From the NCBI GenBank assembly GCA_043805415.1, contig JAZDHZ010000034.1, forward strand, positions 37,478 to 101,477: a DNA stretch of 64,000 nucleotides, written 5' to 3'. The notes under the pieces were generated by a model. It did no database searches. It worked only from the letters and a program-made list of their open reading frames with translations, and was not told where the DNA came from. Position 1 is the first letter of the stretch. Every line of letters starts with the position of its first letter. The translations under genes and the position numbers were made by a program. Shown one piece after another: positions 51,292 through 60,690 of this stretch. Source of the stretch: Candidatus Omnitrophota bacterium. GTDB lineage: Bacteria > Omnitrophota > Gorgyraeia > B26-G9.

Positions 51292-51885
51292 ATGCAAAAA
51301 ATAATAAAAATTACTTTTTTTGTCATTTTTTTTCAAAATGTCCTATGCAATCAGATATTTTGTTCTGAGAAATCACCTGAGCCGTTTGGGGTGGATGACA
51401 TTACACTTGCGGTCACAAATGGGCAGCCGTATATTTATCAGGCTGAAATTTCTGCTGAAAAAAAACTGCATAAATACCTTTGGCTAAGATGTGGGTTAGC
51501 AGGCATATTTGATTCCAATAAACCTGATCTGTTTGGAGGTATTACGCTGGGAGTCAGATTACATGGAAAGGCTTTTTTTGCTCCTTTTGTAGGAATCGGA
51601 AGTTTTTTGGGTGAATCTGCTCATTATAAAGATGCCGATCATGACGGAATTAACAATGACGGCGATGCCTGGACGGATGAACCGGGTGAGAAAAAAAGAG
51701 TTAATAACTTTATTTCTGCAATTTATCCTGAGATTGGTATGCAGATTAATATAGCCAAAGAAAAGAGTATTTCCGCTTTTGGAAGATATTATGTTTCAAC
51801 TGAGGGAAGAGATGATGATTCCTGGATGTGGGGATTTAGTTTTTCGGTTAAATTTGGGGCAGGCCTAAAAAATGAAAAAGATTGA
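51292..51885 (+). CDS. secreted protein with thrombospondin-type-3-like Asp-rich Ca-binding motif (DADHDGINNDGDAWTDE); possible small OM beta-barrel
   Basis: It has a signal peptide, a C-terminal aromatic residue (..FSVKF) and a DxDxDG motif. Confidence 0.3.
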   Translation: MQKIIKITFFVIFFQNVLCNQIFCSEKSPEPFGVDDITLAVTNGQPYIYQAEISAEKKLHKYLWLRCGLAGIFDSNKPDLFGGITLGVRLHGKAFFAPFVGIGSFLGESAHYKDADHDGINNDGDAWTDEPGEKKRVNNFISAIYPEIGMQINIAKEKSISAFGRYYVSTEGRDDDSWMWGFSFSVKFGAGLKNEKD

Positions 51886-52071
51886 CGAATTAAAAAAACT
51901 AGAGTCTTCAGAGGAGATTTTCCTAAGCGCTTAACGCTATCCGCTAAACACTGATTTTGCGGTTTTTTTTGGTAAATCATAAAATTTAGTGAAATAGGGG
52001 GCGTTGATTCAAACATATATAAAAGAAAATTATAGAGAAATAATAGTGTCAGATATTGAAAAAGGAGACAA

Positions 52072-52581
52072 GTGATGAATGAAAATCATCAAACAAATAA
52101 TAAAGGAATGTCTGATCTGGAGATAAAATCCCTTATCGTTAAACGCAATAATGATGCGCAGGAAATCGTTCGATCCCTAAATTCTCAGAGCATTATTAAT
52201 CATTTAATGAGTTCTGATCTAGCAACAAGTATGAGTATGAGTATATGGCTTGGACTGCATGATAATTTTAACTGTGCCCGAGGTCTTTTAGTTCATGTTC
52301 GATCAAAAGAATCCGAGCTAGTTTCTGATGCATATAAATCTTCGGGGGAAATTGTTGGACGATTCCGTTGTAATAACTGTGGTTTTGAGACTGGACTCGG
52401 AGTAAAATACTTTCAACAAAGGATAACCAAAGGAGAGCTTAGCTCTCCGATTAAACCTGAAGATCTTTTTCTTGGTGCAGCAGCTAGAAAATTATCGCAG
52501 CAAGTAATTGATCTACGTAGAGCACAAATTGAATCTCTTCGTTTAAAAGGATCGGACAAGGATGTTTTTCCCTCTCTCTAG
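52072..52581 (+). CDS. hypothetical protein
   Basis: This is an ORF with a GGAGA RBS. It contains an RCNNCG motif. No recognisable domain was found. Confidence 0.3.
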   Translation: MMNENHQTNNKGMSDLEIKSLIVKRNNDAQEIVRSLNSQSIINHLMSSDLATSMSMSIWLGLHDNFNCARGLLVHVRSKESELVSDAYKSSGEIVGRFRCNNCGFETGLGVKYFQQRITKGELSSPIKPEDLFLGAAARKLSQQVIDLRRAQIESLRLKGSDKDVFPSL

Positions 52582-52708
52582 GGAAAGGGGTCAAGTCTGT
52601 AATCTCAACATTTCTCTAATAGAAAGCAACGGTTAAAGGGGTTAAAAAGTGCCCGAATTATTGAGCTAGTACAACATCGCATAAAATTACAGTGGAATAG
52701 AACTAGAG
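52582..52708 (+). repeat. 127-bp perfect direct repeat, copy 1 (begins GGAAAGGGGTCAAGTCTGTAATCTCAAC)
   Basis: It is 100% identical to 57625-57751. A further shared TGAAAACTG follows a 10-bp indel. It starts right at the stop codon of the preceding ORF. Confidence 0.9.
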
Positions 52709-52724
52709 TGAAAACTGCGTAAGC

Positions 52725-52740
52725 GGGGTCAAACCTTGAC
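52725..52740 (+). repeat. GGGGTCAAACCTTGAC palindromic element
   Basis: It is a GTCAA-acc-TTGAC palindrome of the same family. Confidence 0.6.
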
Positions 52741-52783
52741 TTTGGACAAAATGTGAAATATCAGGCGTGATAATAACTTCTAA

Positions 52784-53026
52784 AGTGGAGGTCTGACCCT
52801 GAGATTTTATGGGGAGATACCGGCGACAACTAAAGAGTCGGACGCTATGAGTAAAGCGCTGAAAAATAATAACTTTAAATTTGTCGGATCAACAATTTGT
52901 TACGCGTTTATGCAGGCAGTAGGGATGGTCAATGACCATTTAACTACATGTTATAGATATAATAGAGTACCTAAGGCAAAAAAACAGCGGTTAACGGATA
53001 GGGATAGGAGAAAAATAGTTGGATGA
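52784..53026 (+). pseudogene. tag: 3' remnant (~80 codons) of DNA-3-methyladenine glycosylase I gene
   Basis: The in-frame translation ..ESDAMSKALKNNNFKFVGSTICYAFMQAVGMVNDHLTTCY.. matches the Tag C-terminus (SDALSKALKKRGFKFVGTTICYSFMQACGLVNDH). There is no N-terminal two-thirds. Its stop overlaps the treZ start. Confidence 0.7.
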
Positions 53027-54849
53027 ACAAAAAAATAGGCGCTAACTATACAAATAATAATATCTGCGAATTCTCTGTATGGGCTCCTTTAAAAGAGGAT
53101 ATCTCGCTTCATATCCTTTCTGATAAGCAAAGGATTATTCCGATGCAGAAAGACGCGGACGGATATTTTAGCGTTACTGTTGATGAAGTTGTCCCGGGTA
53201 CAAAATATCTTTTTCACCTTGAAGCTAATAGCGAGTATCCGGATCCCGCGTCATTCTATCAACCGGACGATGTAATGGGCCCTTCTTGTGTTGTTGACCA
53301 TTCGGCCTTTGTCTGGGATGATAAAAATTGGCAGGGATGCTTGGCCGCGGAAATGATTATTTATGAGCTGCATGCCGGGACATTTACGCCAGAAGGAACA
53401 TTTGATGGGATCATTACAAAGCTTTCGCATTTGCAGGATTTGGGGGTTAATACAATCGAAATCATGCCGGTGGCTCAATTTCCCGGAACAAGAAACTGGG
53501 GATATGATGGGGTTTATCCTTTCGCCGTACAAAATTCATACGGCGGCCCAGCCGGGTTAAAAAGGCTGGTTAACGAATGCCACAAACGAAAAATAAGCGT
53601 TATTCTTGACGTTGTTTATAATCATTTTGGCCCGGAAGGGAATTTCTTGCGTCAATATATGCCGTGTTTTACGGATAAATATAAAACAGCGTGGGGCGAG
53701 GCAATCAATTTTGATGATGCCTACAGTTATGGAGTTAGAGATTACTTTATTCAGAATGCTTTGTATTGGTTGGAACACTTCCACATGGACGCTTTAAGAC
53801 TGGACGCGGTTCATGGTATTTTTGATATGAGCGCGAAACATATTCTTAAAGAATTATCGGAAAAAGTGACGGAATTTTCACGATTAAAGCAAAGAAAATA
53901 TTACCTAATTGCTGAGAGTGATTTAAATGACAGACGCGTCATAGATCCTGACTCCAAAGGCGGCTATGGGCTGGACGCGCAGTGGAACGATGATTTTCAT
54001 CATTGCCTGCATACGCTTTTGACAAAAGAAAATCAGGGATATTACGAAGATTTCGGACAGGTTGAACAAATGGCTAAAGCGCTAAAACAAGGATTTGTTT
54101 ATTCGTGGGATTATTCGAAATTCCGGAAAAGATATCACGGAAGCGCATCAACAGATATTTCTGCCGGCCAGTTTGTTGTTTTTTCTCAAAACCACGATCA
54201 AATCGGCAACCGCGTGAAAGGTGAACGGCTTTCCGCGCTGGTTTCTTTTGAGGCTTTGAAAGTTGCCGCCGGGACTGTCCTTCTGTCCGCGAATATTCCT
54301 TTATTATTTATGGGAGAAGAATACGGCGAGAACGCGCCGTTTCTCTATTTCATGAGTTTTCATGATAAGCAGTTGATTGAGGCGATTCGCGCCGGGAGAA
54401 AAAAAGAGTTTGCTTCATTTAATTGGCAGGGCGAACCGGATGATCCGTACGCTGAAGAAACATTTTTAAAATCAAAATTAAAATGGGATATAATTAAGAA
54501 TGAGAAACAGCGTGTTCTGTTGGAATTTTATAAGAAATTGATTCAGATAAGAAAATCGGCCGGGAGCTTGTTTGCGAAAGCTATTCTTGAGGTCAATGCC
54601 GATGAAGAAACTAAAGTAATTTCTATAACGCGTTTACAAAAACAAGCAGGGCTTCATCTCGCGATAAATTTTCACAATAAAAATGCCGCGTATACGTCTC
54701 TAAAGCTTGAGGGACAGTGGAAAAGATTGCTTGTCTCATCGGATATTAAGTGGTTAGGGCCAGGGACAAATGTTCCGGAAAAGGCCGTCAATAACGGAGA
54801 ATTTATTTTGGAACCTTTTAGTTTAATAGTATTTGAGAAAAAACAGTGA
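53023..54849 (+). CDS. treZ: malto-oligosyltrehalose trehalohydrolase (GH13)
   Basis: It has an N-terminal CBM48-like region (FSVWAP). Catalytic regions include DVVYNHFGPEG, GFRLDAVH-like DALRLDAVHG, EEYGENAPF and QNHDQIGNR. Confidence 0.9.
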   Translation: MNKKIGANYTNNNICEFSVWAPLKEDISLHILSDKQRIIPMQKDADGYFSVTVDEVVPGTKYLFHLEANSEYPDPASFYQPDDVMGPSCVVDHSAFVWDDKNWQGCLAAEMIIYELHAGTFTPEGTFDGIITKLSHLQDLGVNTIEIMPVAQFPGTRNWGYDGVYPFAVQNSYGGPAGLKRLVNECHKRKISVILDVVYNHFGPEGNFLRQYMPCFTDKYKTAWGEAINFDDAYSYGVRDYFIQNALYWLEHFHMDALRLDAVHGIFDMSAKHILKELSEKVTEFSRLKQRKYYLIAESDLNDRRVIDPDSKGGYGLDAQWNDDFHHCLHTLLTKENQGYYEDFGQVEQMAKALKQGFVYSWDYSKFRKRYHGSASTDISAGQFVVFSQNHDQIGNRVKGERLSALVSFEALKVAAGTVLLSANIPLLFMGEEYGENAPFLYFMSFHDKQLIEAIRAGRKKEFASFNWQGEPDDPYAEETFLKSKLKWDIIKNEKQRVLLEFYKKLIQIRKSAGSLFAKAILEVNADEETKVISITRLQKQAGLHLAINFHNKNAAYTSLKLEGQWKRLLVSSDIKWLGPGTNVPEKAVNNGEFILEPFSLIVFEKKQ

Positions 54850-57617
54850 AAGTACCTATTAGCACATATCGAATTCAATTTCACGCCGGCTTTACGTTTG
54901 AATCGGCTGCCGGCATATCGCGGTATTTGAAGGATCTGGGGGTATCGCATATTTACGCGTCGCCGATTCTTCAAGCCAAGAAGGGGAGCATGCACGGTTA
55001 TGATGTTGTTGATCCCCTTCAGATCAACCCGGAATTGGGCGGAGAAGAAAAATTTAACCGGCTTATTGAGCAGGTTAGGGCTCTGAATATGGGGTGGCTT
55101 CAGGATATTGTGCCTAATCACATGGCGTTTGACAGTGAAAACAAGATGTTGATGGATGTTTTTGAGAAAGGTGAGGCGTCCCAATTTTTTGATTATTTTG
55201 ACATTAACTGGAATCATCCTTACTTAAACTTAAAAGGAAAGGCATTGACGCCTTTTTTGGGAGATTTCTACGGCAATTGTCTTAAAAAAGGTGAAATAGT
55301 TGTCGGGATAGATGAGAATGGATTTTTTATTAAGTACTATGAATTGAAATTACCGGTACTGTTATCCTCCTACGCCGGAATTCTCAGAGGATGTCTTGAT
55401 TTATTAGAACACGCGGATAATCACACGACAGACGAGGCGGATCAATTCAATCACGCGATTGGGATTTTTAAGGCTTTAAACCAGCGTGACAATCAGGCGG
55501 TGACTGTTGCCAAAGCCGGCCTTTGGCGCGTGTTTACGAAAGATAAAAGAGTTGAAAAAACTATCGCCAGTTTCCTAGAGAAAATGAATAATGGAAAAAC
55601 GGATTCATTAGACCTGCTTCACAATCTAATCTCTGATCAACTCTTTCGTCTTTCTTTCTGGAAAGTAGGTAATGATGAGTTAAATTACAGGAGGTTCTTC
55701 ACGGTCAATTCCTTGATATGTTTAAGAGTGGAAGAATTCAGCGTCTTTGATTTTCTTCATAAGCGGATATCGGAGCTTGTTAATAATGGGCAAATAGACG
55801 GTATCAGGCTGGATCATATTGACGGTTTAGATTCTCCGCTTATTTATATGCGGCGGTTGAGGGAAAAAACAGGAGACCGGTATATTGTTGTGGAAAAGAT
55901 TCTTTGTAAAGATGAGCACCTGCCCGAGAATTGGCCGGTACAAGGAACGACGGGGTATGATTTCCTGAACTATGTTAATGGGGTTTTTGTTGACGCCGCG
56001 TCTGAACGCGCGATGGAAAGAATCTATATATCGTTTAGTGGTATGCGTTTTCGGTTTGAGTCGCTTGTCGTTGAAAAAAAACGGTTATTTATGGGAAAGC
56101 ATATGGCCGGCGATATCGATAATCTCGCCCATTTATTGAAAAATATTTTGAGTGGGAACATATATGGTTCTGATTTTACAATGTATGGGTTGCGCCGGGC
56201 TTTGGTCGAAATTATGGCGCATTTTCCGGTGTACCGAACTTATGCTTCGGAACTTGGGATAAGCGAGTCAGATATGTTTTATATTAAGCAGGCGCTGGAT
56301 AGAGCCCGGAGGACAGGGCAAGACCTTTTATATGAATTAGACGCGATTGAAAAAATCCTTTCTTTGGATTCCGCGCTTAATATAAACGACGCGGAAAAGG
56401 AAAAATACCGTCATTTTACGAAAAGATTTCAGCAGTTTACCGGCGCTCTGATGGCCAAAGGCTCAGAAGACACCGCGGATTATATTTTTAACCGTTTCAT
56501 ATCGCTGAATGAAGTAGGCGGGTTTCCGGAAAAGTTTGGCCTGGCATTAGGAGATTTTCACGAATTTAATGTTAAACGACTGAAAGACTGGCCGTATTCA
56601 ATGAGCGCGACGGCAACACATGATACCAAACGGGGAGAAGATGTCAGGGCGCGGATTAATGTGCTTTCTGAAATGCCGGAAGAATGGAAAAATATCGCAA
56701 AATTATCACATAAGCAAAATAAGAAGCACAAATCGAAAATCGGTCATGAGCTCGCGCCCGGCAAAAATGATGAATATCTTATTTATCAGACGTTCATTGG
56801 CGCTTTTCCATTTAAACCAGAGGAAGCAGAAAATTTTAAGGAAAGGATGAAGCAATATATCGTTAAAGCTGTTCGTGAAGCGAAGCTTCATACGGCATGG
56901 CTGAAACCAGACACACAATATGAGGAGGCCTGCGTCAAGTTCATTGATAGAATTTTAGATTCTTCAAGTGAAAATCAATTCCTGAATAATTTTATTCCTT
57001 TTCAAAGAAAAGTAGCATATTTTGGGATGTTTAATTCTTTGTCCCAGACACTTCTTAAATTAACAGCACCGGGTATACCCGATATCTATCAAGGCAATGA
57101 ATTGTGGGATTTTAATTTGGTTGATCCTGATAACAGAAGGCCGGTTGATTTTGAGAAACGTAAGCAATTTCTTAATGAGATACAAGGTAAAGAGAACGAT
57201 TTATCACCTCTGATCAAGGAATTGCTTGCCCACAAAGAAGACGGAAGAATAAAGATGTTCACGCTCTACCGTCTTTTGAAGGCAAGAAATGAATTTAGCG
57301 AATTATTTCAGAACGGCGAATATATCCCTCTTGAGGTCAAGGGGGCATTACAAAACCACATTATTGCTTTTGCCCGCAGAAAGGACAATAGCTGTTGTGT
57401 TGTCATCGCTCCGCGATTTTTATCAAAGGTTGTTAAAGAGAATGAGTTGCCTTTGGGAGAAACGGTCTGGCAGGATACAGCGATCATTTTACCCGAAGGA
57501 TTTCCGTCAGAATGGAGAGATATCCTAACCGGGGAAAGCCAGCGAGCGGAAGGGATTATCTTTATAGGAAAGGTTTTAAAGATTCTTCCGGTCAGTTTAT
57601 TGTCTTTGCATGAATAA
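54846..57617 (+). CDS. treY: malto-oligosyltrehalose synthase (GH13)
   Basis: It has the N-terminus ISTYRIQFHAGFTF..LGVSHIYASPILQA..GSMHGYDV and DGIRLDHIDGL. Length is 923 aa. Confidence 0.9.
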   Translation: MKVPISTYRIQFHAGFTFESAAGISRYLKDLGVSHIYASPILQAKKGSMHGYDVVDPLQINPELGGEEKFNRLIEQVRALNMGWLQDIVPNHMAFDSENKMLMDVFEKGEASQFFDYFDINWNHPYLNLKGKALTPFLGDFYGNCLKKGEIVVGIDENGFFIKYYELKLPVLLSSYAGILRGCLDLLEHADNHTTDEADQFNHAIGIFKALNQRDNQAVTVAKAGLWRVFTKDKRVEKTIASFLEKMNNGKTDSLDLLHNLISDQLFRLSFWKVGNDELNYRRFFTVNSLICLRVEEFSVFDFLHKRISELVNNGQIDGIRLDHIDGLDSPLIYMRRLREKTGDRYIVVEKILCKDEHLPENWPVQGTTGYDFLNYVNGVFVDAASERAMERIYISFSGMRFRFESLVVEKKRLFMGKHMAGDIDNLAHLLKNILSGNIYGSDFTMYGLRRALVEIMAHFPVYRTYASELGISESDMFYIKQALDRARRTGQDLLYELDAIEKILSLDSALNINDAEKEKYRHFTKRFQQFTGALMAKGSEDTADYIFNRFISLNEVGGFPEKFGLALGDFHEFNVKRLKDWPYSMSATATHDTKRGEDVRARINVLSEMPEEWKNIAKLSHKQNKKHKSKIGHELAPGKNDEYLIYQTFIGAFPFKPEEAENFKERMKQYIVKAVREAKLHTAWLKPDTQYEEACVKFIDRILDSSSENQFLNNFIPFQRKVAYFGMFNSLSQTLLKLTAPGIPDIYQGNELWDFNLVDPDNRRPVDFEKRKQFLNEIQGKENDLSPLIKELLAHKEDGRIKMFTLYRLLKARNEFSELFQNGEYIPLEVKGALQNHIIAFARRKDNSCCVVIAPRFLSKVVKENELPLGETVWQDTAIILPEGFPSEWRDILTGESQRAEGIIFIGKVLKILPVSLLSLHE

Positions 57618-57624
57618 GTTTGCA

Positions 57625-57751
57625 GGAAAGGGGTCAAGTCTGTAATCTCAACATTTCTCTAATAGAAAGCAACGGTTAAAGGGGTTAAAAAGTGCCCGAA
57701 TTATTGAGCTAGTACAACATCGCATAAAATTACAGTGGAATAGAACTAGAG
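57625..57751 (+). repeat. 127-bp perfect direct repeat, copy 2
   Basis: It is identical to 52582-52708. It starts 8 nt after the treY stop. Confidence 0.9.
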
Positions 57752-57827
57752 GGTCAGGCATTGAAAACTGAAGACTAAAAACAATTGGAAATGCAGGCAA
57801 TCAAATAACGCTGTGCGTTTCTTCTGC

Positions 57828-57844
57828 CTGAGCTCAAACGTTAT
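57828..57844 (+). promoter_or_regulatory. conserved upstream motif CTGAGCTCAAACGTTAT (TGAGCTCA + AACGTT palindromes)
   Basis: It lies 19 nt upstream of the ATG at 57863, followed by an AGGAGG RBS. The same motif occurs at 58159, 59755, 60764 and, degenerate, 63257. Confidence 0.6.
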
Positions 57845-57862
57845 AACTAAGGAGGGAATATC

Positions 57863-58105
57863 ATGGCTTGTCCGATAGAAGGTAGCTGTACATTTCATAA
57901 TAATCAAATACATATGTTGGAAGAACGGAAAAAAATAATACAAGTAAGGTTTTGTCTTAGTAGTTATTCGCAATGTGCTCGTTATAAAGTATATGCATAT
58001 TTTAAATCTACACATCAGGTTCCTCCAGGTTTATACCCAAATAATTTTGAGCAAGCTAATGAACTGATCCAAAACGATAGGCGGAAACATGGCGGCGGGC
58101 ATTAA
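57863..58105 (+). CDS. small Cys-containing protein (80 aa; CPIEGSC..C..C)
   Basis: This is an ORF with a strong RBS and the conserved upstream motif. No recognisable family was found. Confidence 0.35.
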   Translation: MACPIEGSCTFHNNQIHMLEERKKIIQVRFCLSSYSQCARYKVYAYFKSTHQVPPGLYPNNFEQANELIQNDRRKHGGGH

Positions 58106-58158
58106 TTGTACTAAAACTATGTGGGAAATAAAGGGAGACAATACTTAATTACTCTGTT

Positions 58159-58174
58159 TGAGCTCAAACGTTAT
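58159..58174 (+). promoter_or_regulatory. conserved upstream motif TGAGCTCAAACGTTAT
   Basis: It lies 39 nt upstream of the ATG at 58213, followed by an AAGGAG RBS. Confidence 0.6.
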
Positions 58175-58212
58175 ATAAATTTTTCGCTAGTTAAAATAAT
58201 TTAAGGAGACAA

Positions 58213-59742
58213 ATGTTCCATATTAGGCTTATTGATCGATTCTTTGTTTTATTGATTAAGATTATTGATAAAGCGCAGGATAAGATTATCAAGAATTATG
58301 CTGTGTTTACTTTGATTGTGAGTAGGGCTCCGCAAACGGTCGGAGCGGAAGCTTGCTGGTATAGAGCAATCAAAGAATTTATGATTGCTTATAAAGATGT
58401 TCCGGCTTATAGAGAGTTTCTGAAGAAGAGTGGCTGGAAATGCGAATCCAGGGATGCTAAACGTATTTTTGAATCATTGCCTTTAATGGATAAAGCTAAT
58501 TATATTCTTCCTTATAGTACAGAGGATAGATGTCTTAACGGTAAGTTCTTTGACAAAGGGGTTGTTATTGATGAGTCTTCAGGATCAACAGGTATTCCTT
58601 ATAACTGGGTAAGAAGCCAGGAAGAAAGGGAAATTGTTAAACAGCTGATTGGGGTGTATCTGCGATACTGTTATGGTAATCAGAATTTTATTATTCTGAA
58701 TACATTCAGTATGGGAGCCTGGGCAACTGGGTTTAATATGGCTTTAGCAGCACAGTCATTGGGTGTGGTTAAGTCTACTGGTCCGGATGTGGATAAAATA
58801 TTAAGAACGCTTGAATTTTTTAGCGGTAAATATCCGTATATTCTTAATGGATATCCGCCATTTTTAAAATATCTGTTTGATGAAGGAGATAAGCGGGGAT
58901 TTAAGTGGAAAGATTATAATATCCATGTGCTTGTCGGCGGAGAAGGCATGTCCGAAGGATTAAGGGATTATCTGCTTAGGTACGCGAAGACGGTTTATTC
59001 CGGTTATGGGGCTTCTGATTTAGAGATTGGCATCGCAGGTGAGAATCCTTTGACTGTTATGATCAGGAAGTTATGCCTTAAAGATCCTGAGTTAAAAAAC
59101 ACGCTTTTTGGCGAAGATCACCGCATGCCCATGCTTTTTCAGTATAATCCTTTGGATCATTTTATTGAAATAATCCAAAAAGAAATAGTTGTGACCATAA
59201 GTAAGCCTTGGACGCTTTCTCCCAGGATAAGATATAATATCAAGGATGAAGGGGGCATGATTACTTTTGATCAGATGAAAGAAAAGCTGAAAGCGCATAA
59301 TGTTGATTTATTGGAATTGGAACTGGAATGTAAATATCCGCGTTGGTATGTACCGTTTTTATTCATATACGGCAGAAAAGACAGTACTGTATCAGTTATG
59401 GGAGCAAATATATACCCTGAGGATGTGGAAAGTGTAATATATTCAGATTTGATGCTGGCACAGAATATTAATTCATTTTCAATATCACTGGAAGAGGATA
59501 CTCAAGGCAATCCGCATCCTTGTTTTGAATTTGAATTACTGGATATAGAGCAAAAATCCCGGGTTGAAAAGAAATTAAGTGAATTAATGTCATCCGGTCT
59601 GGCTAAATTAAGTCTGGATTATAAGAAGGCTTTGGAAGAGTATCCGCAGGCACTTGAGCCGATTATCAGGATTTTTGAGTTAAATCAAGGGCCGTTTAAG
59701 GAAAATCAAAGGCGGATCAAAAGACGCTATGTTAAGAGCTAG
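58213..59742 (+). CDS. adenylate-forming enzyme of the PaaK/CapK/F390-synthetase-like (phenylacetate-CoA ligase) family
   Basis: It has the A1 motif ESSGSTGIPY (compare SSGTTGKP). The C-terminal ~509 aa match this family, with an N-terminal extension. Confidence 0.5.
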   Translation: MFHIRLIDRFFVLLIKIIDKAQDKIIKNYAVFTLIVSRAPQTVGAEACWYRAIKEFMIAYKDVPAYREFLKKSGWKCESRDAKRIFESLPLMDKANYILPYSTEDRCLNGKFFDKGVVIDESSGSTGIPYNWVRSQEEREIVKQLIGVYLRYCYGNQNFIILNTFSMGAWATGFNMALAAQSLGVVKSTGPDVDKILRTLEFFSGKYPYILNGYPPFLKYLFDEGDKRGFKWKDYNIHVLVGGEGMSEGLRDYLLRYAKTVYSGYGASDLEIGIAGENPLTVMIRKLCLKDPELKNTLFGEDHRMPMLFQYNPLDHFIEIIQKEIVVTISKPWTLSPRIRYNIKDEGGMITFDQMKEKLKAHNVDLLELELECKYPRWYVPFLFIYGRKDSTVSVMGANIYPEDVESVIYSDLMLAQNINSFSISLEEDTQGNPHPCFEFELLDIEQKSRVEKKLSELMSSGLAKLSLDYKKALEEYPQALEPIIRIFELNQGPFKENQRRIKRRYVKS

Positions 59743-59754
59743 GGTTGGATAGCT

Positions 59755-59776
59755 CTGCCTGAGCGCAAAACGTTAT
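59755..59776 (+). promoter_or_regulatory. conserved upstream motif CTGCCTGAGCGCAAAACGTTAT preceded by a stop-codon hairpin AGAGCTA-N8-TAGCTCT
   Basis: It lies 30 nt upstream of the ATG at 59806, followed by an AGGAGG RBS. Confidence 0.6.
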
Positions 59777-59805
59777 GTGTTGTATCACTTGAATAAGGAG
59801 GGGTT

Positions 59806-60690
59806 ATGTCTGTATCTTTTAATGAAGAATTAAAACAGTCTAAGGTGCAAGAAGTAGTAGGACTCCCAATCAATAAGGAAATTATTTTTTCCAATCATAA
59901 AAATGTATATAAAAAAAGAATTGAAAAACGTCAATCAAGATTATTAAAAAAAATTGCTTTTTTAAAGCCATTCTTGTCTGGTGATGAAAATATTATAATG
60001 ATTACAACTGCTTGTTCTCCGATGTCCATTACCGAGCAGTTTCTTGTTGGTTGGATGATTTTTTATCTAAAACGGTCGCTTTTAGTATTTACTAATAAGC
60101 GGATTTTCCATATTCCAACTAAAACTGATTATTCGTATAGAAATTCGATCGCGCAGATTTTTTATGAGGATTGTCAAACGATAACTGTTCGAAGTAGGAG
60201 CTTGATTTGTAAATATAAGAATAATATAAAAGAACAGTTTCATTATATTGAAAGTAGCTGCATAAAAAAAATCAAATCGCTTATAAAAGATTTGACTGGG
60301 ACTGGGGAGAACGCCAGTAAATATCATAGGCGGACACATATTTGTCCTCGTTGTGCTCATGAGCTTGAACAGAATAAATATATGTGTTTAAATTGCCAGC
60401 TTGTTTTTTTAAACAAAAAAGACTCTGATAAAATTTCTTGGATTTACCCTGGAGGTGGTTATTTTTATACAAGGCATCCATTTCTTGGTCTAGGCGATGC
60501 AATTGTACAGTTGATTCTAATTATTTGGGTTGTTGATGCTTTAGTTACTGTTATCACTAAAGGTGTTGAAACTATAGGAATTCTGGTTTTTTCCACAATT
60601 TTACTGGTATTTGAAAAACTGATGACTGTATATGAAGCAACACATTTTATCAGTGAATACATCCCTATTGAAAAAAACTTAGGGAAATAG
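59806..60690 (+). CDS. membrane protein with bacterial PH (bPH_2/YdbS-like) domain, zinc ribbon (CPRCAHE..CLNCQ) and 2 C-terminal TM helices
   Basis: ENIIMITTACSP..LLVFTNKRIFHI resembles a bPH domain. It has a CxxC..CxxC zinc ribbon and hydrophobic C-terminal segments. Confidence 0.4.
   Translation: MSVSFNEELKQSKVQEVVGLPINKEIIFSNHKNVYKKRIEKRQSRLLKKIAFLKPFLSGDENIIMITTACSPMSITEQFLVGWMIFYLKRSLLVFTNKRIFHIPTKTDYSYRNSIAQIFYEDCQTITVRSRSLICKYKNNIKEQFHYIESSCIKKIKSLIKDLTGTGENASKYHRRTHICPRCAHELEQNKYMCLNCQLVFLNKKDSDKISWIYPGGGYFYTRHPFLGLGDAIVQLILIIWVVDALVTVITKGVETIGILVFSTILLVFEKLMTVYEATHFISEYIPIEKNLGK

Noticed and set aside
47233-52760. CRISPR array
   Set aside because: The repeats are heterogeneous in sequence and spacing and are separated by full-length ORFs. 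There are no regularly spaced identical repeats.
54672-55217. 181-aa minus-strand ORF across the treZ/treY junction
   Set aside because: It is a shadow ORF inside two well-supported genes.
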